A stretch of DNA of 46,828 nt, taken from Trichomonas gallinae. Lineage: Eukaryota. The position numbers and the translations under genes were made by a program. Shown piece after piece: positions 26,529 through 38,300 of this stretch; position 1 is the stretch's first letter; the number at the start of each line of letters is the position of its first letter. The notes under the pieces are model-generated. The model saw nothing but the letters and a program-made list of their open reading frames with translations. It was not told the DNA's origin and made no database searches. The DNA lies in contig MRSU01011174.1 in the NCBI GenBank assembly GCA_008369845.1, positions 1 to 46,828 on the forward strand, written 5' to 3'.

Positions 26529-28079
26529 TTAGTGGTGACTTAGTCTACGCGTGATTCCGAGTGGGTCGGCATCCATCGTTTGCGTGACGTAATCGTTCGC
26601 TTGAGTGTTGAAGTCGTCGAAGTTTGTCGTCATTAATCTGCTCCAAGCTTGGTTGAGCGTGAGGAATGCGAATACGAAGTTCTGTGGGAGCATGAGACCG
26701 TTGACATACGGTTCATACATGCTGATCATCTGGCCGAGCTCAATTGGCTGAGAAATCAAAATCAAAACGAAAATGATGTCAATGATGTCATCAACGCAGA
26801 GCAAGTGGTCTGAGAGTGCTGTGAGCTTGCCTGTTGTGTTCATCTCGAGATCTCTCTCCATGTTAGAGGCAATGTTCTGGAGATTATCAATCAATCTCAG
26901 TGTTGAGTAACAGAAATCGATAGGATTGCATTGGAAAATCAGGTTGTCGAGCTCACCAATGACTGATAAATAGGGATGATTCGTGTCCAATGAAGCGATT
27001 GGAACCCCGGTCATCAGAGATGGAAAAGCTTTCTTGTTTGCGATGATGATATCCATCGAGTAGTTCCTAAAGAACTCGAATTTGACTGAGACTTCCTTCA
27101 CTTCGTCCTCAGTCATTCTTCTGTATAAGCGAGTGTAAAGATTGCCGAAAATATGACGCGTAATGAGCATGAAAAAGATCTCCTTAGCTTTAGGATCCTT
27201 CTTGATCGTATTATTTGTTAAAGTTTCCGATAATTTCAAAATAATTTGACCAGAACTCTTTGGGTTCTTCATCATCATCTCAGAACCGCGAATAAACTGA
27301 GTAAGGATATCTTCGTTCTTGATTGCGTGGAAATATTCCTCGAATATTGCATCAGCAACGTTTTCCACGTAAAAACTGAACTTTGGGTTGTAAAATCTTG
27401 CAGAAAACTGATATATTTTCTCCTCCTGTTCGATAAACCAGTCACGGTTGGTCTTTCTTAAGTTCTTTAATCTTTGTCTAATGATTTTGAGATCCTTGTT
27501 TAGTTTCTTGACTTTCGGATCTTTCTCAACGCTGTTGATGATTTCTCTGATTCTTGTTCTGTTGATCTCGATAATAAATAATAAATTCGCGAAGTTTATC
27601 TCATCAATTGCCTTTTGTGCCATCGAGAGCTGCAGATTTACTGCATCAATGAGCTTGTTAACCTCGTCTATCTTCTTTACTTTGACTTCGCATCTGTGAA
27701 ATTTCCAGAAAAACATTCTATTTTCGTAAAAATAGTTGAATTGCGCCCTGTAGATATTCTGCTTACGTCTCAAAGACGCTCTTTTTGCTCCGCTTTCAAC
27801 TTGTTGCTTCTGTAAATCGCTGACCTCTTTGATAAGCGTTTCGTAAGCTTTATTTGTAGACGACCTGGCTTTTTCTATCAGCTTGACGTCATTTTTCTCT
27901 ATATGCTGGATTTTCAGCAATCTCAGAGATAAAATGGTCTGCGAGTAAATAAAGTTCTGCTCATCCTCGTTGAATGGACCGACAAGATTCGGCGGGTCAT
28001 TAAGATTCTGTATTTGGCACAATAGTCGCTCATCAATCATCACTTTGTCTCTTTTATTTCTGACAAATTTTTTCCGCAT
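26529..28079 (-). CDS. Coiled-coil protein with C-terminal VPS9-like domain
   Basis: N-terminal coiled coil; the C-terminal ELDNL...NPIDF...LCVDDIIDIIFVLILISQP...FVFAFLTLNQA follows the VPS9 pattern (P.DK...ADD.LP.L.YV.....P...Y..T.L..A). Confidence 0.7.
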   Translation of the reverse strand: MRKKFVRNKRDKVMIDERLLCQIQNLNDPPNLVGPFNEDEQNFIYSQTILSLRLLKIQHIEKNDVKLIEKARSSTNKAYETLIKEVSDLQKQQVESGAKRASLRRKQNIYRAQFNYFYENRMFFWKFHRCEVKVKKIDEVNKLIDAVNLQLSMAQKAIDEINFANLLFIIEINRTRIREIINSVEKDPKVKKLNKDLKIIRQRLKNLRKTNRDWFIEQEEKIYQFSARFYNPKFSFYVENVADAIFEEYFHAIKNEDILTQFIRGSEMMMKNPKSSGQIILKLSETLTNNTIKKDPKAKEIFFMLITRHIFGNLYTRLYRRMTEDEVKEVSVKFEFFRNYSMDIIIANKKAFPSLMTGVPIASLDTNHPYLSVIGELDNLIFQCNPIDFCYSTLRLIDNLQNIASNMERDLEMNTTGKLTALSDHLLCVDDIIDIIFVLILISQPIELGQMISMYEPYVNGLMLPQNFVFAFLTLNQAWSRLMTTNFDDFNTQANDYVTQTMDADPLGITRRLSHH

Positions 28080-28335
28080 CTAATTTTTTCTTTTTTTTGT
28101 CGCATATTTAGCTATATCATATTTTTTTATATTAAAATACCAAAAAATAACAATTAAAAACATTCTCCTATCATAAGGAAATCAACATTTTATATTTATT
28201 TATAAAGAAATCAAATGTATAACATATATAGATACCAAATATAGCAGAATTTCGATTTACATGTAAATTTTGTCACTTTTATAGTGATCGCGATTGTCAC
28301 TTTTCGTTAAGTGTTCAGCCATTTATCTCCAAAGA

Positions 28336-29304
28336 ATGGAATCGTCTTTAAACAAGGTCTACATGCTCCACGTCCTCGACATTCTGGCCCACTTCGACGG
28401 CACCAAGCTGCCTGATGGCGTCAAGGAGCTGAAAAGCGCAGGCGGTGAAAAGGAAAAACTCCCTGTATACTTTTTGGCGCAGGAAGGAGAAGATTTGTTT
28501 GTCTGCACAAGAGGTGCAACAGACGCAAATGACTTCCAGATCGTTTTGGACATCGATTTGGTTCCTTTCTTGAACGGTAAGGCTCAGAAGGGAATTTTGG
28601 AGGCTGCAAAGAGAATTGTTGCAGATAATGAAGAGTTGTTGAAGGGATGGAAGGGAAAGATCCACGTTGTTGGCCATTCTCTCGGCGCTGCAACATCTGT
28701 CGCAATTTCTACAATTTTGAGGCTCGAAAAGAACTTCAGCAATATAGACTGCTACAACTTCGCTCAGTTCCCAGTCTTCTCGTCCGAAATCGCTAACCAG
28801 ACAAGAGATTGGATGACATCTGTTATCTACGGCGAAGATATCGTCCCAAAGATCACACACAAGAATGTTTCCTTGTTAATCAACATGATGGCGCCACCAG
28901 GACCAAACCAAGCCCAAGGAATTGCAAGCTTGAAATCAACAATCTCAGGAATGATGGTTAACATTGTTGCTGGACAAGGTGTTACAGACAAGCAGCAGCT
29001 TGCTGACGTCGCTGCGGTCTTAAACGAGAAATTGGACAAACTCGTTCAAATGGCCTTCAATCTTGATCCACAGTCGCCAGCTCTGTGCGGCACACTCTTG
29101 CACGTCGTCCCAGTCACAAACTACCAGACACAGCAGGTAACTTACGAAGTCAAACCGTACAACGAGAACATGACGATCAACTTCTTCGGCTTGATGCTCG
29201 GCGTCCAGCAGCACTACATCAAGTTCTACTCGCAGGTCCTGAACCAGGCTTACGGCAAGAAGGAAGAAATCAAAGAGCCAACAGCAGGACTCGATCTTGA
29301 CTAA
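28336..29304 (+). CDS. Class 3 lipase (alpha/beta hydrolase)
   Basis: VCTRGAT, nucleophile motif VVGHSLGAA, EDIVPK (catalytic Asp), late QHY (His). Start at ATG 28336. Confidence 0.88.
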   Translation: MESSLNKVYMLHVLDILAHFDGTKLPDGVKELKSAGGEKEKLPVYFLAQEGEDLFVCTRGATDANDFQIVLDIDLVPFLNGKAQKGILEAAKRIVADNEELLKGWKGKIHVVGHSLGAATSVAISTILRLEKNFSNIDCYNFAQFPVFSSEIANQTRDWMTSVIYGEDIVPKITHKNVSLLINMMAPPGPNQAQGIASLKSTISGMMVNIVAGQGVTDKQQLADVAAVLNEKLDKLVQMAFNLDPQSPALCGTLLHVVPVTNYQTQQVTYEVKPYNENMTINFFGLMLGVQQHYIKFYSQVLNQAYGKKEEIKEPTAGLDLD

Positions 29305-29369
29305 AAAAATTGTGTTTTTTTTTTCTATCAAACAAGTTTTAATATACAAACAAACAAAATATAAAAATA

Positions 29370-32300
29370 TCATCGCGGCATGATTCTGCCGACGACTAAG
29401 ATGTAAGCAGTCGTCTCCATCGAAGGAATGCTGAGCTGCCAGAGGCTTTCGATCGTCTTCGCCTTCACAGGCTTGTACGTGAATGTCGTCCTTAGAGTCT
29501 TTCCGCTCGAAACTAGAGCGAGCGTTTGATCGCATTCTATTCCACCTTCTCCGGTTGTCTCTTGCACGAGGCTCCAGACTGCGTCGTATGCTGTCTCCAT
29601 TGTGTTCAGCACTTCGACAACTTTCGATGAAGAGATGCCGGTTCCTTTCGAGAAGATCTCTAAAACCCTCGTGTTCTGCGGGATGTCGTATGTGTATTCT
29701 GGGTACCGCCTATTGAGGTAGTCGCTTGTCTCGCACGTGACGTGGCAGACAGGTCTTCGCGAGCTTCCCGACACGAAAATAGCTGGCTCGTCGTTTATAG
29801 ACAATGAAGGAATGTCGCAAACAAGCCTCGACTGGAAAGACCCAACTGTCGTTGGTGCGAATATAATGTTAAACTTCGTTGTATTTCCAGGCTCAATGAC
29901 ACCTTCAGAAGGCTCAATAGTGAAAGGTGGCTGACCTTCGCTGATTCTGATCTCCTCGGGCACGGTTGGGTACCACTTGAAGCCGAATTTGATCGAGCAA
30001 GTGTTCGTGAGTGAGACAGTTTCGAGCCTCCTCTCGAACATCATCGTTGGTGGGAAGGCAATGCTTTCCGAGTCTAATACAAAGTGAATGTTGTCTGACC
30101 TCGCGGTGACTTTGATCAAGAATTCCTTCGATTTGTTCAGTGGTGTAAATAGTGGCTCATCCTTTACCACCCAAACAGTTTGATTTGAGTCCCCTGGCTT
30201 CGGAGATTGAAGACCGAAGCCGATTCTTGATGATGAAGTCGTCAAAAATGGAGAGTTAGACATTCTTGAGCTTGAGCCGCTGAAATTGGAGAAAGTTGGC
30301 AGTTTTCTCTTTGAGCGAGTTGCTGGAATTCCTCGACCAATTGGGCTTGGAGGCATTACAGGCATCATAACTGTCTCGATCTTCATCGAGTCATCCCAGT
30401 CTGGTGTGAATTCTGGCAAGTCGATCTCCATGACTTTTATTCCGAGTTTCTGCTGGAAGTATTTGATGACATTGTCAGCCAAAAATGTCACGGAAACTTT
30501 TTTAATTGTGTGCTTATGTATGTGGCCTTGTGAAGGAACAATCATCAGTCCAGGAACTTCTTCTAGCATGAATCTGTAATCGGAAGTTGAGATGTTTTTC
30601 AGTATTATATCTATCGTCTCTTTCTTTCCAATCACAGCGTCTTTGAATATCAACGAGTCATCAGCTTGTAAACCGTCGATAATGATGTCCTCGATGACAC
30701 CATCGCCAATGAAGTTCATCGAAAAGTCAGAGCTCGAGTTGTCTTCAACTTTCACGTTGACGTCAAATGTGCTTCTCTTTGTTTTCGTTGGCTGGAAAAC
30801 AATCCTTGGATTCACTGACCTTCCAGGCAACAAAACGAAAGAGCTCGTTTCAACACCTAATAAAGAAAAATCTGGAGATGCTTGAGCGTTGATTGTAACA
30901 GTTGCAGGTAACACACCAGTGTTTTGGATGCAAACTACTTTTTCGCGCGAGAATCCAACAAGTGTTCGACCGAATGAGTGCTGGAATTTTTTAGACTTTT
31001 CGACTCCTGCCAAGGAAACAATAGGAAGGGCTCCCTCTCCTTCAACTCTGAATATCAGACCTGGTGCTGCATCTTTGGAAGCAGTTGAATGAGGTGTCGC
31101 TTCGAAAATGCAGCTGAATTTTCCTGTTTTCTCTGGTGTAAATGATAGCTCGAGTTCTTCCGCTTGATGAGGGCCAAGATTGAAAATCTTCTCTGAAATG
31201 GAAAACATAAGTTTAGAGCTGTCATTCTTCTTAATAGGTTTTAAAGCTGCATCAACGACAGCTGGGATTTCAAGGTTGTTGACTAGTCTGATCCTGACAG
31301 ATTTCGATGTTTTTGTCGTCATCGCCTGGAAGTGCAAAATCTGCTCGTCCTCTAAGAAGCAGGTTTGCTCATTCCTGGACAAGTCATACCTGAGACATAA
31401 TGTAGTTGCTGGGAAGATCTTCTCGAAGTCGTCTGTTTCGATTGACGGCAAAGATGTTTTCGCTTTCACGCTGTATTTGATTTCTCCTTTTGTCTCTGGG
31501 TCTAAGTTGTTCGCTGCAAAGAGCAGTTCGCTGTTGTCATCAGCGGGGCAGAGGCTAGCGTACTCGATGAACAGCTGCAGTGATCCTTTTGGTGGAACAA
31601 CACCGTTACAATGCGTGCAGCCAAAACTGCCGAAGAAGAATCTCATTGGATTGACTTTCGTCTTGGCCTTTGGGCGAGCTTTGATTTTCTTAGCTCTGCT
31701 CGCATTTCTAGATGGAGGAGAGACATCGTTGCTCGTGAGTGTGAAATCAAATGGAAATGCACCATCGTTGTATAACGTTATTGGAAGAGTTTTTACGTCG
31801 CCCATTTCGCAGAGGCCGAAGTCCAAAAACGGCGGATCAATCCTGATTTTAGAGTAGCAGCAAGACACAGAGAGCTTGATTGGGAGAAGGCCGAGAGGAG
31901 TTCCAGTGACAGTATCATTGACTTTGAGGTTTGCAATAACTTGGTTCTTGATTTCCATTGGACTTTCAGAGAAGAAAGAAAAAACAATTTGCTTGGCACC
32001 TTTTTCTCCGTTTGTGACTGTTCCTTCCAAGCAATTAGCTTTTAAGTATTTTGCAGCCTTTCTATCTATCAGTAGTTTGAATTGGGAGGCATACTTTCCT
32101 TTGTTCTTGATCGTGCATACCAAATCTTCTTTCGTGTTGACCATCACATCTCCGAAGTTTAAATGGTCGATGCCCTTCGGATATAGGAAATCGAAATTGA
32201 TATCAAAGGCTTCTGCGGAAACTTGTATGTGGAATGTTGAAAACATTCTCAGCTTGTTTTTGTCCATGATATCAATTTGAATCGGCTTCTTAACGATTTG

Positions 32301-35300
32301 AGCTCTTTTAGAGCAAAATGTTGCAGTTATGTCGATTGACTGCTGTGCATTGACTAGACCTTCGATCGCAGAGAAACTCAAGAAGTTTTCAAGCTGCTGT
32401 GTTCCCTTTAACTTCCAGTAAGCAGAAGTTTTCCCATTGTTATGCAGTGTAATCGGCAAAGCAGCAGCGTGATCAGTTACGACCCTGCCGAAATCTAGGT
32501 TCGTTAAATTGGCTTCGATTGACGGGATGCAGCCGTCTCCGGCAATGACAAACTGTAGAGGCTCTGGATTGTCTTTGATAAAGAAAGATAGTGTTGTCTT
32601 GAATCTTTCTGCAGTCAGTGGGTGGAATCCGATGTTAAATGATGCATATGAGTTTGGCGCAATGTTGCAGAATGGATTCTCAACAGAAAATGGACATCTT
32701 CCGCCTGTCAACTCTGTTATCATTGCGGTGACTTCTGCGTTTAGAATGCCAACATTCCTGATTGTTAAAACTGCTTTGTAGGCTGGAGGCTGGTTCTTTG
32801 CTCTTTCCTTCATAACAAGTTGGCATCCGAAGTGGAATTCTTTGAGGCTTTCGATCCAAGAGTTTTCTGTTCTCATTAGTAGTTTCTTAGATGTTCTCGG
32901 GAAAATCAAATTCGGGCTTCTTTCGATCTCAGGAATCAAACAACAAGCAGAGACTGGAAGCGAAAAATCAGTGCCAGATCCACCAACAATCTGGAAGTTC
33001 AACAAATCCTGGTAGTCGCCAACTGGTCTTGCGAGGAACCTGACGCCTAGAGTCACTGAGGAATCGGGCTCGATTGTCCACCTTGGAGTGTATGTTGGCT
33101 CAAATGTCGGCTCTAATGCTAAGAATTTCGGCTTGTCAAGTCTCCTCATTGAGCCACCTCTTATTGTTCTCCTCGATTTGTTCAAAGGTGATGGTGAACG
33201 TTCAGGCTCTTCAATTTGGTGCTCATCGACTTGGACCAGTTGGAAGCAGTCGCAAATTGGCTCAAGAATCAGCGAAGCCAAATATGATTCTTCGGATACA
33301 ATCAACTCTGGCTCAGGAATAAATTGCTGGAAGACTTTCTCGCGCATCACATTCCACCTCGGGAAGAAGTCGCTCAGACACGAGTAAATATCTGAATCGT
33401 TGTCTGTCACTGATATGAACAAAGAATTGACGTTCTTAAAAGAAGTACATTTGTTGGAGTCGTTTGAGTCGAATTTGACTTTGTTGGGAAGCTGAAGAGT
33501 TGTTGGATCGATAACAATCGTGTTTTCTCTTCTTTCTTGGACAATTTTCGTCAAAGATCCAAAAGAAAGCAAGAAAAGGTTGATTTTCGCCATCATTTCT
33601 TCTTCTTTCGTCAGTTTCTTCTTGCTGGATGGTTTTCCTGCAGCGATGCTTCCACTTACACTCTTAAAAGAGTTTGTCACTGGAGCCCTTTCCATTCTTA
33701 CTCCGAGCCTTGATTTTCTCGCCATTTCTACTGATTTTTCTTCAGCGCTAGTGATTTCTTTTCTTGCCATTTTTCTTAATGAATCAACTCTGTGCTTCTC
33801 AATGTCTGCTAAACTGTTATATTCCTCCTCATCCATCAGTGAAATCCTCTCCATCTCCGTTTTGAGCCTTTCTATTTTCTCGTTATTCATTTGGATACTG
33901 TCGTCTTCGATTCTCTTCAGAGCCAAGTCCAGTGGACATGTCACACCAATAAGGAACACGTAGTGGCATGTTAAGCTGTTTAAAATCGCGTACAAACATT
34001 CTATAGATGACGTTGTTTCTCCGTTTTTCACCAAATCCATGAAAGGATTCTTAGAAACGTCATCCAAAATGTTTTTGGATTTTAATGAGTGCGATATAAA
34101 CAGTTCACTCTCTTTACCATCTGGAATCCCATCTAATCCATCAATGATAAAACCTCGCGAAAAATCAGGTGAAGCGAAAATTTCTTGGATTAATTCTTCT
34201 CTTCTGTCGACGTTTTCCCATATACTCGCAAGCCTGATAACTGGGAGATTTAAGTGGCTTGATAATAGCCTAGACACGTATGTTTTTCCAGACTTCGGAG
34301 AGCCGTGAACAATGATGCACATAGAAAACTGCTTTGGAATAATTTTAGGAGCAAGTTTTGATTCAAAACTTCTTAACGAATCCCCAAATTGTACCATGCT
34401 CTTCTTGGAAGAAGAAGCAGACTCGTTTTTTGTCTCATTCATTGTAACAGAATCTCGTGACGATTGATTCTTAAGGGATGAAGTATCCTGAGCAAGCTTA
34501 GCATCGAATTGTGTGCTGTAGACTTCGACAGTTTGCATCGTTGGGTTCTTGATTTTGAACTTCAAAGTGTGGGGATCAGAGAAAGGAAGTCGCGGGCTAA
34601 AAACGATTGACTCAGGCTCGAATTCGACTTTCAAACTGTATCCTTGTCCTTTCAGTGTCACAAAAGTCATGTCATCGTTGTACTTCGTGACGAAGGGAAC
34701 TTCCAACGTGTATTGCCTGGAAGATTTCGGCGTGAATGTAATTACAATGTTTTCGTAGCTGTTTGGATTAATGATGCCCTCCATCGGCTCAATAGAAAAG
34801 ACTCCTTTTGGAATCTTTTTGCTTTCGAATATTTTCCTGTTGATACTGAATTCGGAAGGAATCTTGTTCATGTTCTGGATCTGCAAGTGCATCGTTCTTT
34901 TCTGTCCGACTATTGTTGACTCAAAGTTGAAGAAAGCTTTGCTGAATGACAAACACGGAATTGTTATATTCGCAACAACCCTAATCAAATAGCAAAATGT
35001 TTCTGAGAAAGCAACATAAATAGGGAACTCAACATTTCCTGAGATATTCGTTGTCCTTTTTTCTGTTTCGAATTTAAACGTCAGAGGAATCAAAGAATCT
35101 GGATAAACGTTCCTGAAAGAGTTGCTTGAAATCGTGAATCCAGTGTTTGCTAGGGAGTCATCAATTATTTCAAAAGAAACAGGCAAAGGACAAATAGTTT
35201 TGATTGCTTTTTCGATAGATCTGTCGTCACCAACCATTATGTCGCCGAAATCGATATAAAAAATTCCGCTGACGTAAGTTTCTTTATCTTCTGTAGATTT

Positions 35301-38300
35301 CTTGCGGCCTGATATGTTTCCTGATGCAAGCTTTGCCTGTAGCATATCGCTAAACAATTCCTTTTCGATTGACAAAAGATGCTCGAGAGAAGGTTCAATA
35401 CTTTTCTTTCTCGGTCTGTTCTTGAAAGCTTCTATGACTGGATCATCGGAATCTCTGTCCATTTCGATATATAGCTGTGGGAAGTGGCAGTCTGCCTCTA
35501 TCTGTATCGGAATAACATCGAATCTTCCAAGCATCACGTTTATTGACTCCAAGTATTTCCTTGGAATTCCGGGCATGATTTTTATTTTTATGTTCGCAGT
35601 CATTTCTCTCTCCACGACGCCATTCATTGGCTCAACGGAGATGTATTTGAAAGTCGTCTGCTTTGGGATTTGGATGTTGAAATCAAGAGGAATGACACTT
35701 CTATTCCTTATCAAAATGTTCGAAATCATTGTGTCGTTGTAGAACCTTGCTCCAAAATCGATTTTCTTCGGCTCAACTTCACATTCGACTTTTGCGACTT
35801 CTCCTATTAAATTCACTGTGTAGTCTGGGCCGCCTGTTGTGTGACATATTGCAATGCAGTCGTATCTCGCTGATTTCTTCTCTGGATCTCTCAGTCTGCC
35901 GTAGAAATTGAAGTGGAAAACTTCACTTGCTCCTGGAGGGATGACTCCAGAATTTGGAAAAACGTCGAAGACTTGGGCAACTAAAGGATCATTTGCTCTG
36001 CTTAGAAGCTCCCAAGAATAGTGGCAGTCAACCTGCGTTGGGTTTTTGACAGACAGATCTTTGGTAATTTCTGTTTCGGAGCTCAAAACACCGAAATTAA
36101 TCGGACTCGATGACGAAAGCTGAAGGTTAGGGAAAACATAGTTTGCCACAACAGGCAGTGAAATCATTGTCGGATTTCCTTCTAATGCAAACTTGAAAGC
36201 TGATTCTATTTTCTGAGATAAAAAGTCTTTCTTGAGACTTGTCTTGAAAGTGACATCGAAGTCAGCAGATTCTCCTGGCTTCAGGTTAATAACATTTGGA
36301 GTGATGTCGAAGTAGTCAATGCTGTCGACGTACAAAGTGACTTCGAGCTCTGTTGCATTCGTCAATATGTTGGATTGAGTTATATCTTTCAACAAGTTAA
36401 TGCTTGGCTCTGTTGCTGCCCTGGACTCGTTGTTTGTGTCGTGGTAATGATTAAAGACCATTTTCGGCTTTGCGAAAGTAATTAGAGGCTCAATGAAAGT
36501 TCCTGAAATTAATGGAGAGTAAATCTCATGAGTTTTCTTATTCATTATTGAGATGCATGAGCAGCTGCAAGAGTATCTTGATGAGCAAGAACTGATTACT
36601 GTTATTCTGAACGAGTGCTCTTCGCCAACTTTGAACGTGGCGGTTTCCGGAGAAAAAGAAATTTGCGGTGTTTTGCCATTTAATGATTTCGGTCGCTGAA
36701 CATTCCACTTGATGTCGATGCTTTTCCTGCCTTTGTTGACCATTGTGAAATCAATATAATGCGGCTCATTAGTGAAAAGCGTGCCAATATTGATTATTCC
36801 CATGGAAATGGATGAAACAAGAGGGCAGCCGATCCCTTTTCCTAACAAACCTACAGTCATCGGTGGCAGATGCTGGAAGATGAGCTCGATTTCAGAACTA
36901 AAAACAGACGGATCGTTGAACATAGCTGTGACTGGGAATGCATACGTCTTATAGGCTTCAATGACTGCGTTTTCAACAGGAAGTTTGAAGGCATCACCAC
37001 TCTTTATCGCAGCCTTAAAACTCGCTTCAATTGGCGAGTCATTCGTAATCAGAAGCGTTTTCTCTGTCTCAGCCAAGACAGTCACTGGGCCGAAGTCTAT
37101 TTTTGTATCGCTCATTTTGATTTTCGGACCGATGCAGTAGCCTGTGACTCCAAAATCTAGCGGCCTATAATTGGCGCCAGAAATTTTAATGAATCTCGTC
37201 AATCTGATTTGCCCAATCATTTTTGGCGTGATGTAGACAGGAATAACTGTCCTACCATTTGCATTGATGACTCCAGTATCATTATCATATTCAATTTTAG
37301 CCTCCAAAACAGAAGGATCTTTGCACTCGATGAATTCATATCTTGCTGGAAATTCCGAATTATTAAATGCGATAATTTGTGTCATGATTCTCTTGTTTAT
37401 GAAAATTTCGCCGACTTCGATTGTGTTTCTCTGAAGAGTGATTTCTGGACAAACGCAGACAGCCTTGATTTCTATTTCGTTGATTGCTTCTAAGTCTGTT
37501 GGAATAAATTCAAGTGTTGCATGATATGTTTTGACACTTTTTGGCAGAAACTCGACTGTAAATCTTCCTATGTCGCCTGGCTGTATTACTCCTGTGTCTG
37601 GAGTGATGCACAGCTCGTGCTTCTCAAATGTTCCGTCGATCTTAAAGTGCAGCTTGTAATTTAGAGGAATTTTCGATGTGTTTGTTACTGTAAAAGTTTG
37701 CGCATGAATAAAACCGAATCCTGCATTGCCGAAATCAATCACAGGCTTTGAAATCACAAACGACGGACCCATTACTTTACCAAAAAGACTAACATTTGGG
37801 TTGCCACACGTTTTGCCGTTCACACTGTACAAAAAACGCTCAGCAAACTGTCCGATGTGTTTTGCCTCGAAGTGAATAATGACCGGCACAGATCCGCCGA
37901 CTTCAAGCGTGCCTGACCGCGGCATGAAGTCGAAGTAGTTTTCTCGCGGCGTGTCGATGAATTCGAAATCTGCTCTGACCTGACCTGTGTTCATTAGCAA
38001 AATTTGGTAATCGTTGACGTCTCCTAAGTTAACGTGACCGATATGTATATTTTCTATGTTGAATGCAGCTTCTGCTGGTAATGACAAGCCTTGCATTTGA
38101 AGAGGAACTCGAAATTTAGATAATTTATCGAATAAGTATGCAGTTTCGAGAAAAATGCCATCTGTATTTGGCAAAAACGTAATTACGATCTGTTGAAAGC
38201 GATGAGGCCAAATTTCAGACGAAATTGGTTCTATGTGAAAAACGTTGGACTGAAACAACAACTTTTTTTCGTATTCTCGTCTATCATCCGGATTTCCCAG